A DNA stretch of 64,000 bases. Origin: Tubiluchus corallicola. Its lineage: Eukaryota > Animalia > Priapulida. A program made the translations under genes and the position numbers. Below are positions 46,161 to 60,017 of this stretch, one piece after another. Where the stretch lies: positions 1 through 64,000 of the forward strand of contig JAQGDQ010002371.1 in NCBI GenBank assembly GCA_030141605.1. The letters run 5' to 3'. Within the stretch, counting starts at the first letter, position 1; each line of letters begins with the position of its first letter. Under the pieces are notes generated by a model. That model saw only the letters and a program-made list of their open reading frames with translations, had not been told where the DNA came from and did not search any database.

Positions 46161-49100
46161 TTGTGGCGCGACCGGGTTCAGATAGTTTATAATATAAGCC
46201 AACGTAAACTATTGTAGGCCTAAATCCGCTTGATTACGAATAGAGTTCATATAACAGCGTACGACTGAAAATAATTAGCAGGAAGTTAATAACAAAGAAA
46301 TGGGGTTATCAATTATGCGCAATTTATGACACGCATTTTTGATATTAAATAATGAACGCATATATTTGCATAAATTAATGTCAAGCGAATTTTAATTAAA
46401 CCTAATCAAACAACATCGATCCAATAAAAAGCTTAAATTTTTGAGTGTTTCAGAACGAGTTGGAGTTCTTTTGAAAGATATTCAGCAGGTCATTATTATC
46501 GCAGATTTTGGTATTTTTGTGTTAATTTAGAATTATACCTAATTTGATTGCAGGTCTTAAAATTTTAAACTGAAACTAAAATGAACTAGGACTGGGACAG
46601 TCTTGTTACGTTTTCTCTTTTTGGTAGTTAACATGCAGTCAGTGAGCTTTTTCCTATCCTGCTATTGGTAGCAAATGGATATTGACTATTTTTTGTATAT
46701 AATGTCACTTGCCCTAATTTGAACCCCTAATTGAAGTCACAAATACACTGATATGAGATAGAATACTGGAAATTTGCAATCGCTATAATGTTAGGTACCT
46801 TCACATTTGTTACCAATTATGTAACTATATACACTGCTATTATAGGGTTGTTAACTAAATGCACTACGATAATTATTTATGATGTCGCAAAGGTGCTTCA
46901 CTTACGTGTCAAGTTTTGGTGTTACATTAATAACGGAATTTCCAAATCAATTTATGAATCACTGTAACCGTTAAACTGCTGTGTCACAACACAGTATTGC
47001 GCATGCACGAAACATCAAAAAATCTACTAGAAACTGTACATTTGTATTTATTTCTTTTCCGGAATTAATTTATCCTGCGTTACCATATTATGAGAGACAG
47101 GATTACGCATGCGTTAAAATTACCCAAGTCATCCGCGTAAAGTTATTTAACCGAAAATTCAAATTTTAAGAAAATTATGTCGCAATGATTGATTAGTTCA
47201 TAAAATGCCATGCGTTAGATTAGCTAGGATTTCGCTTGTAATTTACTTCGCACAAATTTTAAAACGTTATAATTACTGCATCAGAAAATCAGAATGAAGA
47301 AAGAATGCACAAATTGAGGTGTAGGGACTGTTACAGCGATGGATCGAAATTCTTTTGAAGCTTATGAGTACCTTTATTTACATAATGGTTAACTCCACTA
47401 TATGCAAGAAAAGTATAAAAGTCATAAGAGTCAATTTCCTTGTTCAGTTTCCCATAACATGGGGGCGCCCTTAACAAGTTTTCCCAGAGCAGTGTATAGT
47501 AGGAAAGTACTATGCACCGCTCTGGTTATTCCTTGTGTCTCTCTAGTTTGATCTTTTATAGCTGCTTAACTCTTAGTCTATTTCAACTAAGCAGACTGTG
47601 TTTAAAGTTGTTGGTGCCTAATAATAGGCGACTTGTAAGGTTTTGTGACAAGCAACTCAAAAATTATAAATACAAGTGTCGTTAACTTAAAAATTATTTT
47701 TCTTGCGTTTCTTTGTTTGCTCTCGAAATGTGGGATTTTAATGTGATTAGACTAAAGCTTTTTGTGTATAAAGGAAGTTCTCGAAAAGCATATTATTAGA
47801 AATTAGTATTTGTTGATCTTTACTGTAGTTCCTAGCTAGAGATAAACTAAAGTAATTGATTAAAACATCATGATGCAAATACTTATTTACAATAAAGTTA
47901 CAAGGTTAGACGTACATACTGAATGACATTAATAATACGAAACAAAGGTTAGACGTCACAAATTTTACGATAATAATTATTAGTATCTAGTTAAGCTGTG
48001 CACAGTACTTTAGAGGACCTACATAAAGATAGCCTCTACGGCGGAAAAACCTGTTCCTAGCATTTTACGCACCAGGCTGGTTTAGCCTTAAGAAATTATA
48101 GTAGAATAAATCTAAATTTAACTTTGTACATACACAATAATTGTCTTATCGGAAAAACGTTTCGGACAATACTTATTCGACAAGCAAAAAGAAGCAAGAA
48201 AAGCACAGAAGGAACAAGCAGTTATGGAGCATCTTCTAACTTGACATGTTATAAGAATGTTAGTTACAAACTATTAGGGAAGTCCGAAGTGGTAAAAAAG
48301 ATTCATCAATATAGACGGTGGATGCCAGAAAAGGGTTGTCAATGAACTGAAGTTCATTACTGATATGAATTTTCGAAAGTTACACATAGTGCCTACTTCC
48401 TAGTCTTATTTTATTTGACATCACATACAACGCTTAATTATTTACGAGATTTGAAAAAAACATGTAGACAAAAACGAAGTAAATACCAAACAGTGAAGGT
48501 AAACGCAAGACTATGTAATGTCAAAGGATCAGCATCAAAATACCTGCAAAAAAGTGTTGTTCAATGGAGTTGCCAATACTATATACTTTTATTGATTCTC
48601 GTTTACACTCAACCGCATGGTTGTAATTATTTTACAGTCCAAGCGTTAATTTACTATTTTGCCAAAGGTAAATATATTAATAAACATTCTTATGAACTAA
48701 GTAAGTTTTGTCCGTTCGTTACAATATTACTGGAACTTCAAGTAAGAAGTTCTAGCACGTTTGTCATCCAGGAAAAGCTTAACTATTATTCCTTCCAACA
48801 TTTGTTATTTTGACGGGTCTTCAGTTGTAGTTCAGAAAGAAAATTAGCATAAGCCTTTTGCCTTTTGCCAATTCACGTATCTTCTTTTAAAAGGAACCTG
48901 CTATCGTGAAATGAATTGCATAAGTTGAATTACTTCACGTAACAGTGGAAGTTTTCTTGCTTTGATGTGTTCATATACTTGCAGTTTCGGCTTTGGCGGC
49001 TTTCGGAAGCTTCTTCTCGTCATAGTGGTCTTTGCATCCATAATGAAATGCTCAAGACCACTCTTGAGATCCAGTCATTTTTGCAACATAGGATTTCATA

Positions 49101-52100
49101 GCCATTAAGATGCTCACTGTCATTGTTCAAAATCCCCATTGAGACCGGTAATAACATTACATAGCTTAACTGCGGAACTTAGCTGCATGGTTTCTTCTAT
49201 TAAATAAACATTAAATTATTGATGAACGCAGGCATTGTTTATTAAATATTAATTTTTTTCAAACATTTTTCCAGGGCAGTGAATATCTAAAATTGAGACT
49301 AAAGTGCAATATAATAATATATAATAATTTTACAATATTACAATAATAAATGATATAATATAAATTATAATAATTATATAATATATAATAATAAAATCAG
49401 ATGTTGTGTTAACATAATGATACTAGTCTACAGTTATCATTACAAATTTTTTTACAAAAGAATACAGTTTGAAGATATCACTCAGTAGCACAGCATGAGG
49501 CGACAACTGACAACTTTTACTTACTAGCTTGGTGATTTGTTATTTGGTCGGTACAGTACACGAATAAACATTTCAAAACTTAAAGTCCTGTTTTAACAAA
49601 ATTTTTCAGACAATTTCACTGATCATATTTACTGTATTCTTCGCTTTAAATATTTCATATTGTATTTAACTATTGCTTCATGCTCTCTTGAATGTTGCCT
49701 TCATGCCGTATTCAAATGAAGTAAAAGGATTTTTAAAAAAAAATTGTAAACTATATCATATACAGTTTTGACAATATTGTTTTTCAATTATATTTGTATT
49801 GAATTTGTGTATTGCATTTTGTATCGTTCTTTAGTATTGAATATCGTGTTTTAATTTTAATTTTAAAAACCACTAAGGATACCTACTCCTGAGGAGAGTG
49901 GAGAAATGTTTTTTAAAAACTAAATAGCTTACGCCATAATTGGTAAGTCATTTTCGGCTATTTCCGTATTCTCTTGACTCAGATTTCACTGGGTTGTTTC
50001 TATAATGGTCTTTGACAAGTTTCAGGAAAATTTGTTAGACAGCCTTCATGATACATGCATTGCGGCTTACATATCCCATTAAGAAATGACAGTCGTGTTT
50101 CCATTTACGATACTTGCCTTAGAGAATGCGAAAGAAGAGATACAAGTTTATGACAATTGATGGATCAGAGTTATGTAGATCGCTGTCTTTATGCATGTCT
50201 TGATACATAGAACTCTTTAAATGAATCAGTTTCGAATGGTTGAAAATTTGCATAAAATACTCATAACAGTTACATGCATACAAAACTAATTTGACATCAA
50301 CATGGTGTGTATCATAAAGAATTTTAGAAGAGAAGTGCTTAAAAAGCTTATTTCAGCTTGAACAAATATTTCCACGCTTATCACCAGAAACTTCAGGCTT
50401 GTATATACCTAGAACTGCATGCAGCTTAGTTTCTTAGCTTACAGTTATAGATCGTTGATGTTACAGGATATGTTGTGCTATAATGTATCGCAAAGATTCA
50501 CAGAGCAGACAGCTTTGTACTTCTTTTGAGGAGATGCCATTTTAAAAGTAAACAACGATCACTTTGAAAACCTATATCAGGCAGATTTCGCTAAGGAATA
50601 ACTAGCATATCTCTTAAACACAATAAACAGCGGTCACTGTGCAAAAAACCATGTATCCCATTCCTGTGTCTACATTACACGCTACCTGTAAGGCGCTAGT
50701 TATCGTTGAGTTTTAAAAATAGCCCGCTCTCTGGTCCGCAAGGAAAAATACTTGAACAGGCAGGTATGTCAGGTGTTGCTACTGACCAAACTACTTGCTG
50801 TGTGATTTGAATTCTTGATTATTGCTTATAAATAGCAAAAAAGGGTGGACAACAACCCTAGAGTCATTTAGCCCAAGTAGGTCCTAGACTTTGTGTATGG
50901 TGTAAATGGCGGTTTATGGATTAGCTATAGGGATATGTGGATCAGTGGTTCGACTTCTGGCCTAAAAATTACCTCGAGGCTTATAAGCCTTAGACTATAA
51001 TCAAGTAGGATTTTGCACAAATTACAAAAATTACAAGCGTTTTCTGCGTGGCAACAAACTTGCGAAAACAGATGTTGAAAAACTAACTTATACGTCCAAA
51101 ATTTCTAGGTACCCATGGCTTCACAGACCCATAGCAGCTTTTTTACTTCTTGTTTAAAATGTACAACAAGCGTTTTGAAGAAGTACGTTCAACAGCAATC
51201 ATAAAAATTCGGTCGCACGGTTTCAGTCTTTAAGTGACTCGAAGAAATTCGGCTATTATTATATCCCGCAAATGATTTTGCTTAAAGATAAAATTATGCA
51301 CTTTGGAAAGATATATTTAGAAATTACTTCGGAAAACTTATCGCATTACTGTTTTTAAACAAGAAAAATAAGCTTGTTCCTGCAAATAAGGAAAATAAGG
51401 AGGAATTATTATATCACCGAGGGAGCAACACTTAATTCAACTAGCTTCCTGCACGGGCTGTGACTGCAGTTAAAAAATTTTTAAATGCGTCACAGTGTTT
51501 GTTGCAGAAGAAAATTTTTGTACATCAAAGAAACTAGATGTGGCTACAAAACATTTGTCTTGATTTAATGCCCTTGCGGTCGGGTCTTTTTCACTTTTCA
51601 TCTGTAACTTAAATATGGCTACCGTGATATATCATGAAATTATACACGTATCATTACTTTCAGTGAATCGTTGTTTGCAGCCTAAAAGTTCCCAAGGAAA
51701 ATCTATTGCTTCGGTTCTGCGTCAATATTGCTTACTACATTCTCTCCAGCGTGAAAAATTTAAAGATACTTCCGCTGATGATCCAAAGTCTTGCAGAATT
51801 TTTTGAAATGACGTGGAGGATGACTGTAGGATCACGAAATCTGATTATACCTTATCTATATTCTGCCGCAGTCACACGTGATTCAAGTAAAGCACAATCA
51901 AACAGTTAAACATTTCATTTTTCTCTTTCTCTTATCAGTTTGCTATTTTCATTTGCATGTTTTTGTGTTTGTCCGTTCCCTTCAGTTCTTGCCCATAGTA
52001 TACTCACTATACTGCCCTAGAGGCGAATATAGACGTGCCACAACTATAAACACCTTAGCAGAGTATTAAAATAAATTCCATTGAATATATTTTAAATTTT

Positions 52101-52186
52101 TTATCTTAGTTTGATTCTCAAAGACTTAACTTGTTCCGTCGATTTCAATCCTTTCATTGTAATTCCAGCTATGTTTCCCTTTTTCC

Positions 52187-52302
<116 letters not shown>

Positions 52303-52479
52303 TTTCTGACTCTTTCTTCCTACCTCCTTTTAACTACCGTTTTATATGAAAGAAATTCTGAAATAAAAGTTTAAATTCAAATTCAAATTCTCCCACTTTT
52401 CCGTCTTCTTTTCTCTTTTAGTAGTTATTCGTTTTATTTCTCATCAAAATACACATACATATGTTTCAAAATAAGAACT

Positions 52480-53260
52480 AAACAACGAACTTCCTTCTCG
52501 TTTTTTCTCGCTTCTACCAAGCATAAAAATTTGGGGCCATTTAGTCACGTACCAAAAATTGTTGTTCTAGCTCAAAAACTGTAAGAAGAGACAGAGCCTA
52601 CGAAAAATTGACATAATGCCTATTGTCATTGACCCTTTCAGCCGAGGTCATTGTTCAGTATTTCGTGCCCAACCTGCCATGCAAGTCCGGGACTTCACCT
52701 TGTTTACATTTTCAGTTATTGACAAAAACCTATTTTAGCACTTTTTCCATTTCACGTGACCTAGCCACGCCCACTCTGATAAATTTTTTGTGCACATCTA
52801 CCCTTACTTGACTACACGTTCATGCAAAAATATAGATTCCCAGTCCAACACTATAATAGAAGCTGAGTTATTTGGCCTATTTTTCACACTTTGGCCACGG
52901 TCACTGTGACCCTTGACCTAGAGGTCAGCTTTCCCATACCATTCTCTGAGTATCTTATCTGCCCTGCAAGTTTCGTGATTCTAGTTCTCACGTTTACGGA
53001 GTTACAGACATGACCCAATTTTCTGACTTTAGTTTTTATTTCGGGTCCTTAACGAATTCCAGGTTTTAAAACCTCAGGTGCACATCTACTACACAGTGCC
53101 TAAATACTTGTGAAAACATTTTGGAAAAACTGGTAGCCCTAGGAGGAGATTTGGAGTTATAGAAAAACGAAAAGCGCCCGCTGCCCCTGGCCCTTCACCA
53201 GAGGTCAGACGCCGTTACTGCCGTGTCCCGCCTAGTTCTACCTATCCCGTGAGCTATATA
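52480..53260 (+). mobile_element. Helentron/DINE-like non-autonomous element with degenerate internal repeats
   Basis: Recurrent TGACCCTTGACC, TGCACATCTAC and GCAAGTTTC motifs typical of such invertebrate elements. Boundaries are approximate. Confidence 0.45.
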
Positions 53261-54987
53261 TAAAGAAAGAAGAACTATTGTACAAAGAGAGAATGGTTTC
53301 TTCAGGATGCAATTTTTTCACTTCATTACACTTCGAATGAGTATCCTACACATGAATTTTAATTACATTTCACAAATTTATTTACTTTGGGGCTTAATTA
53401 ACGTAGGCTCATTTTACGCGCTTTTAAGACGGTTCTCACAGCTTCGCCGAGAAGCTAAAAGCGAAGCCTTCAATGAGCAGTTATCACTATCCGACACACA
53501 AACTCTTAACAATTGGGGAAGCCAGCGAGTAATTAGAGAGTAGTGCTACTTAGCGCTGACCGCTTGGATAAGTACACAAGACTTAACAGGAAATATGGTT
53601 ACTTTTGCCACCGTACTTAGCAAGAGCTTGAGGCCGATGCCACGCATTAAAACTTGAAACCAGCTATTTAATGAAGCGTATTAATTCACTTAGTGTGATA
53701 TTAGGGACATTTCACACACGGTTCATGCAATGAACGTGACGACTCATATTGCTGCGATATACTGCACGCTGATTATAGAGCGTGGAATGGCATGCTATAG
53801 GCTGTAAGCGTAAAGGTGCTCACATTGTGCTTACAATGCAAAACATTGAGTTAGTGCTGACTGCTGATACTTTGGGTGTCAAAAACGTATCAACCACAAT
53901 GATACAATATATATTATATATACGTACGTTATACAATCTGTACGTTATATATTATTTTGTTTGAATAAACCTAAACTGTATTTAGAAATTACTTATCAAG
54001 TATAATTTTGTGAATACATCCAACAGGCTCTCAGTCTAGTTTAGCACCAGTACAAAAATTGGTAAAAGAATTAAAGGAAACGAGAAAAATTATTCACATA
54101 TAACAAGACGTGTCCTTTGTTTTCAAACCATCTCGTAAAATAGAGCAAAATGGCAAAAGCATTTTCTTTTCAAAGATTGTCTATGTTACGTGTTCAGATT
54201 TGTAAACAAACAGTTTACCAGTTTTCAAAATTGTCTTATTGTTCATGCCCGCATAACAATTGATCATTGTTCAGTCTTACTGTTATATCCACACAATAAT
54301 AGCTGATAATTTTCAAACTATTTTATAGAAAATTGGTTTTTTTGAATAATTTTATACAATTAAACTAATTAAATATTCACCTGATGATAACTGGAAATCA
54401 AGCCCAAACATCCTGCTATTTGCAAATAATGCGAGACTCTTGGTTGCAATAACTCCTCTACTGATCTTTACATCGATACTGTTCCCCCCTGTCAAATCAG
54501 TGGCGGTAGTTATACATGGCATATTTGGCTCCTTTAGCTTTATTTCAAATACCGGGTTGGATGTCGGAATTTGAAGCCTAAATTTATCTAGTCCACATTT
54601 ACTCGGCACACATGGAATCATGTAATTATGAAGCCCATAAGGTTTCATAATTACAGGCAGCTCAAATGCATATGGCGCAGTAAGATATAATATTCAGCTC
54701 GCAATGATTTAATGCAAGTATCGGCTTCACATTGCTGCCTATTTGCGAGTGTTGTATCTAAAATGTCAGAGAAGCTTCAGCTAAACCAGCGCTTTCATAT
54801 CATATATGCTTCACAGTGCAAGATGAAGCCAGCCGATACTGTATGTCGCACAACACCTTTATGTCAACTGGAAATAGACAGGTTAGAGGTTCTATATAAA
54901 TAACGAGTTTAATAAGGACCCCAGGTTTCGTATAGCGTGACAATGATTGTACAAAAATTGTAGTTTATGGTTATGGTTCCTACTAAC

Positions 54988-57860
54988 ATAAAGGTTCGCT
55001 AAATAAACCAGATGCGTAATTTCAAAAAGTACGTTTTATAATAGACCAGAAGAAAATGCCGAAAAGGTAGAGCTATAAAGTTCTAGGTCTATAAAAGCGG
55101 GCAACACAGGCAGTCTTATCAATTTGAACCCGAAAAAATGTCAGCTTGGAAAATAGGCGAAAAACAGTGAAAATCGCAAAAACCGAAATGGCTGCCAAGT
55201 TTTGCATAAGCTAAATTAATCAAAAGAAATTCACAACAAATTGATATTAAGAAGCGACTATGACATCTATTCTATGGTAGACAAACCTATTCACTCCATT
55301 TCTGTTACTTTCTTTTCAAAAATGCCGCCACGCCACACGCAATTATGCCATTCCTGCAGTTATATAAGCTGTTTCACCTAAAGATTTATTAACAAAACAC
55401 AAACATCAATTCGACCTTGTTGAATCCAAAAAACTGCTGAACCCCAAAGAGGAGGTAAGGAAATTAAACAGTCCAATAAAAGCAAAAAAAACAAGATAGC
55501 CACCAGGACCGAAATATGGTTTAGTAAAATGTTCAAAAAATTGCTAATTTCACCCAAAATTTTGCACAATGGTAGAACCCATCAAGGTGATATTAGATAT
55601 GGGTCAACCGAAAATCCTCCAATATAGCCGCCGTTTTCAAGATGGCCGACAAGATGTCTTTTGCCACTATATCAAGGCCGTATCTTAAGTGTTAGAATAG
55701 ATAAGATGACCATTTTGGAGTGTAAATTTAGGTTTTCAATGTTTAAGACCACATCTGATACTTAAAATACCTAAGACGTCATGTTATTTAGTATTTCAAG
55801 AGGGTTCCAAGATGTTGCAGGTGCTCATGTAATATGTTAGCTACATTGTATGTTCTTAGGCTGATAGGGTGAGGATTTTAGCATGTAGACATAGGCTTTA
55901 ACTGCAAATGATTTAGGGTAGCATCCAGTGTGGCATTCAAGATGGCTGATGCTGAACAACACTTATGACATCACCTATTTAATATTTCAATATGTTTGCC
56001 AAGATAGCTGCTGCGGCTTCTATAATGTATCAGCTAAATCGTACGTTCTACTGGAGATTAGTTTTAAAGATCAAGTATTTACGTATTAGTATTATTCATA
56101 TTAAACCTTAACGATATCAGCAATATCATGTATGCACATCACTCATTTAATGTACGAGTTGATAACGAGGCCAGCAATAAGAAACAAACTGTCTGTGTCA
56201 GAATCTTGATATACATAACATAGATAACACTACCTTAAAAACATTTCTCACATTCACCACCACATTTGCACAGAGCTATACAAACAAAACTTGCTTGAAC
56301 ACACTTACATATGCCATATAGCATTTGGTTGGCTGGCAGTAATACTTAATTACGTTAAATGTTATGTTAACTGGGTACTGGTAACTGGTTAACTAGTTAC
56401 TTTACTTTAAAAACGACTTCTGGCCTTAGTGTCCAGTGCTGTTCGCACGTCACATCAGTAGGGACCTCTTCTTGCCTCGTCAAATGGTGAAGGTGAAGTT
56501 GGGGCATTGATTAATATCTGGCTTAGCCGTATCGTGCCTGATATACCACATGTTTGTTGTGCTCCTACGGTGCTGCAGACTCTGGAGGACTTGGCTCAAT
56601 TGACTTTCTTTTTTTGTGAATGCTGCTCAACTCTAGCAGTGTTTCTTAGAGATATAAATGCCTCAGACGCTTACCATGTGAGCCGAGCGAGTTTTTTCCT
56701 TTCTCTCTGTAAATGCTCAAGTCTTGTCGTAACAGTAGGTAGGCTATTGGCACGGAATGGTGATAACGCTGATTTCGTGGCGCTTGGCATTCACAATTTG
56801 ACATTGACTAGGATATTGCCTTTGTAAGCTACTGACAGCCATCTTTTCGGCCATTTTGAAAATGGTGGTCATACTGTATACTACCCTAAATCCTTGATCT
56901 TTAAATAATATAATTAGATACTAAAATCATCATCTCATTTGCCTTAGAACATGCAATATAGCTAATATATTACACAAGTGATCACAGCCGTCTTGGCAAT
57001 CGTCTTAAACCCCAATTTAAGTGATGCCATGGGTGTTTTAGCATCAGATATGGATTCCTTGACCTTGAGAACTTATACTTAGACACCAAAACCTTTGCTT
57101 GTCTGCTCTAATAGCTAAAATAGGGCTTGTAATAATTAGCAATTTTCATCTTCTCAGCCATCTCAAAAATGAATGATTTTCGATAAGACTCATAGCCAAA
57201 ATTAATCAATCTGATGTGTTCTGGAATTACGCAAAGTTTTATAACTCACAGGCGAAATGAATAAGTTTTTCATCATTCTGTTAGATGCTAGATATATGAG
57301 GAATCCTATTGTCATCTTCTTATTGGACTGCTTAAGTGGATTTGCATTTTTGGCCTAATAGCAGTTTGTGAGATTCAGCAAGGTCGAGTTAATAAAAATA
57401 ACTTGCTTTTTGTTTTTATAATAAACCTTTATATAGATAATAGTAAATAGTTAATATAATTGCATGAATGGCATAATTTTGCTTTGTGCGGTTGCCATTT
57501 TTGAAATAAAAGTACCAGAAATGGATTCCTTAGGTACAGCCACCCTGGAACAGATGGCATGATAATCGCCGCTTAATGGTAATTTTCTGGGAATTTGTTT
57601 TTATTTACGTTGTTTGTGCAAAAAGCTTGGCCGCTATTTTGTTTTTCTTTTGCGTTTTTGAAGTTTCCGCTAATTTTTCAAGTTGCCAACAGTTTTTTCG
57701 GGTTCAGCGTAATAAAATTGATAGGACTATCTATGTTGCCTATTTTAGAAAAGAATGCAATCCAGAGTTCCACTTTTCTGACAATCCCATTAAATCCTTT
57801 AAAATAAAAAAAAATGTATTGAAAAAAGACAACTTTATTATAGCAAGTGGCGACTTTCTA
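54988..57860 (-). mobile_element. Academ-like DNA transposon deletion derivative with very long degenerate TIRs
   Basis: ~55020-55950 is inverted at ~56835-57820 (for example TTCGACCTTGTTGAATC / GATTCAGCAAGGTCGAG and TGAACCCGAAAAAA / TTTTTTCGGGTTCA). The middle carries a transposase remnant. Confidence 0.65.
56235..56650 (-). pseudogene. Transposase C-terminal remnant with a Cys-rich zinc finger
   Basis: Frame-broken KSIEPSPPESAAP*EHNKHVVYQA / SQILINAPTSPSP / HWTLRPE / GICKCVQASFVCIALCKCGGECEKCF*, matching the IPPTxxAxxxHxxRAxYQ...WT...CKC...CxxLCxCxGxC pattern. Confidence 0.72.
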
Positions 57861-58759
57861 ACAGGGATTGAATTAAACTTTTAGATTTATATAGTGGATA
57901 TAAATCTAAGGATTCTGTATTGTGGATAGCGAGTCTAACTTCATCGCCTGGGCTGGTGTAGATATTGGGAGATTCCTCATAACCAGGAAGTGGGTGTATG
58001 AACAATTAAAATAAGTGTGGCCTCTATTAATTAAAATAATCCTATACTCGATTAATTATACGGTGTAGAATACATTTTTGCAGCGGAAACAAGATACAGT
58101 GCTTAAAGTCTGTGCATACTACATGTATTAGCATTCTCACCGAGGGATCTAGTTTCCAAATTGCACCTTTGTAGTAAATAATACTTTCTACAAAATGTGC
58201 ATAATACAGAATATTAACTCAATTTATGGCCACAAGAAATCTTAGTTCTCATTAAAAAGTTTTGGAAGCAAAAACTAGCGAATTAAAATTGCATTTGTGC
58301 AGAGAAGGGCAAGTGCATTTCCCGATGTTATCCTGAATCATATTCTGATTCTTTTGTAAAAAATCGAAAACTCAAGGGCCGTCCGAAAATTTATACCCTT
58401 ATCATGTGTTGCTTATAACTTATTAAGAGAGTTATAGCATTTAAAGTAAATTATTGGACCGAAATTTTGATAAATTGGCTCGGTTTCCAAAAAAACTTAA
58501 GCAATTTGCCAAAGCTTAAAAATGTGACGGAGTTTTGCCTAGCAGAAAAGGCAAGTATATTATGCCACGGATCATAAATCCACCTAGAAGCAATCTAGAA
58601 GCAGTTGAACTGTTACTGTAAGAATTAAGCGATTTATTAAGAAATGTTATAATGTTAAGGAATCATGCGTTATTTTAGATACTGCTATCACAAGATCTTC
58701 GTTCGTCTTGCATTATGGACGTATGTAACAATCTTGGTAATGGAACCTATTCAGCATGA

Positions 58760-59450
58760 ATCGACGTGCGTTGTAGAAAGCTTGAGAGAACAAAGGTTCG
58801 TGAAGCATCATCAAACAATGATATAAGACCAGTTGCTACTCCGCAAATAAGGATATATTGTTAGAAACTAAAATATAAATCGGATGTTCTGAAACAAGAA
58901 TGTTTAATTGCAGAAGATAACATTGTTGAAAATGAAACAAGTAATTTTTTAATGAAGAAATCAATAGCTGGTACAAAATTCTACATATAAGAAGCCCGAT
59001 GAAACCGCATTTATAGCAGCAGCAGCAGCTGTCCTGCATGCAGGGATACTCAACGACAATATGAGGAATCAATGTGAAAGGAGTACTCGTTTGCATAAAT
59101 GCGACATTTATGAAGCAATGAAGAAAAATCCTGTAAAGATAGCAATAAAAAAGATTTAGTGCATGTAGCAGGAGACCCTCATGGAGGAAGACATTGCAGC
59201 TTGACCTCAAGTCAGACCCAATCAGACCCGTAATTATACCAATTGAGTTACGGTGACAGGCCGAGATACAGTCCAGATGTGTAGCTGCAGTACAACAGCA
59301 AGGCCAAACAGTAGGTTTATAAAAATGGAGAGCGGCATCAAGATTTAGATATTTCGAATACGGTACTGGTTTTCTTCTCATCTCTCATCAAAGATAGGAT
59401 CAGAATCTCTTGAAAAAATTCGGATAAATACATGGATTGCACACAGGTAC
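58760..59450 (+). mobile_element. Possible highly decayed LINE (RTE-like) RT fragment
   Basis: Weak ordered remnants only (QGYST, MEEDIAA ~ YADDIAL, FRYF ~ FRYLG). Confidence 0.3.
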
Positions 59451-59972
59451 AGTCGAGTCACAGGGAAAAGTTTATTATTTATTGGTAGCATATCATAAGT
59501 TTTTAACGGAATTTGAAATATTTTATTAAGTTAATATGTGGCAATAATATTTCGACACAGGCATTTCAGATGCTCTCACTTATCGACGCTTCCTCTTGTG
59601 TCATTTGCTTCCATCTCCTTTCTGTTGGCCATTTTTAATAAACAGTCACGTGAGCGGTCAACGGTTTGGTTACTGGTTTTTGACAAAATAAATTTAATGC
59701 AATATGGACAGAATAGTATTACAATGAAAGAATGATTTATAAGTTAACCAGTTACCCCTCTCGTAGCTGAGCTATTAATAAATGTATTCACTATAAATTT
59801 ATGTTTGCATGAAAAACAAAACTGTTTGCCAAACGTATTCTGATTATAAGGCAGCTATTAAATGATTTATTGGCTGTTTGAATTGTGAGCGGTAAAAAAT
59901 TGTAAATTATTTTTTTATCAATTAAATGTTATTTCATATATTAACTTGATCTTCGTGTCGTCATTGTAGTCG

Positions 59973-59973
59973 T

Positions 59974-60017
<44 letters not shown>
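59973..60017. repeat. (CAT)n microsatellite
   Basis: Directly visible. Confidence 0.95.

Noticed and set aside
51460-51495. Palindrome TGTGACTGCAGTTAAAAA/TTTTTAAATGCGTCACA as a terminator
   Set aside because: The DNA is eukaryotic, the stem is AT-rich and imperfect, and no gene is associated with it.
58836-59381. 181-aa minus-strand ORF
   Set aside because: No recognisable domain and atypical composition; more likely the antisense of a decayed LINE fragment.
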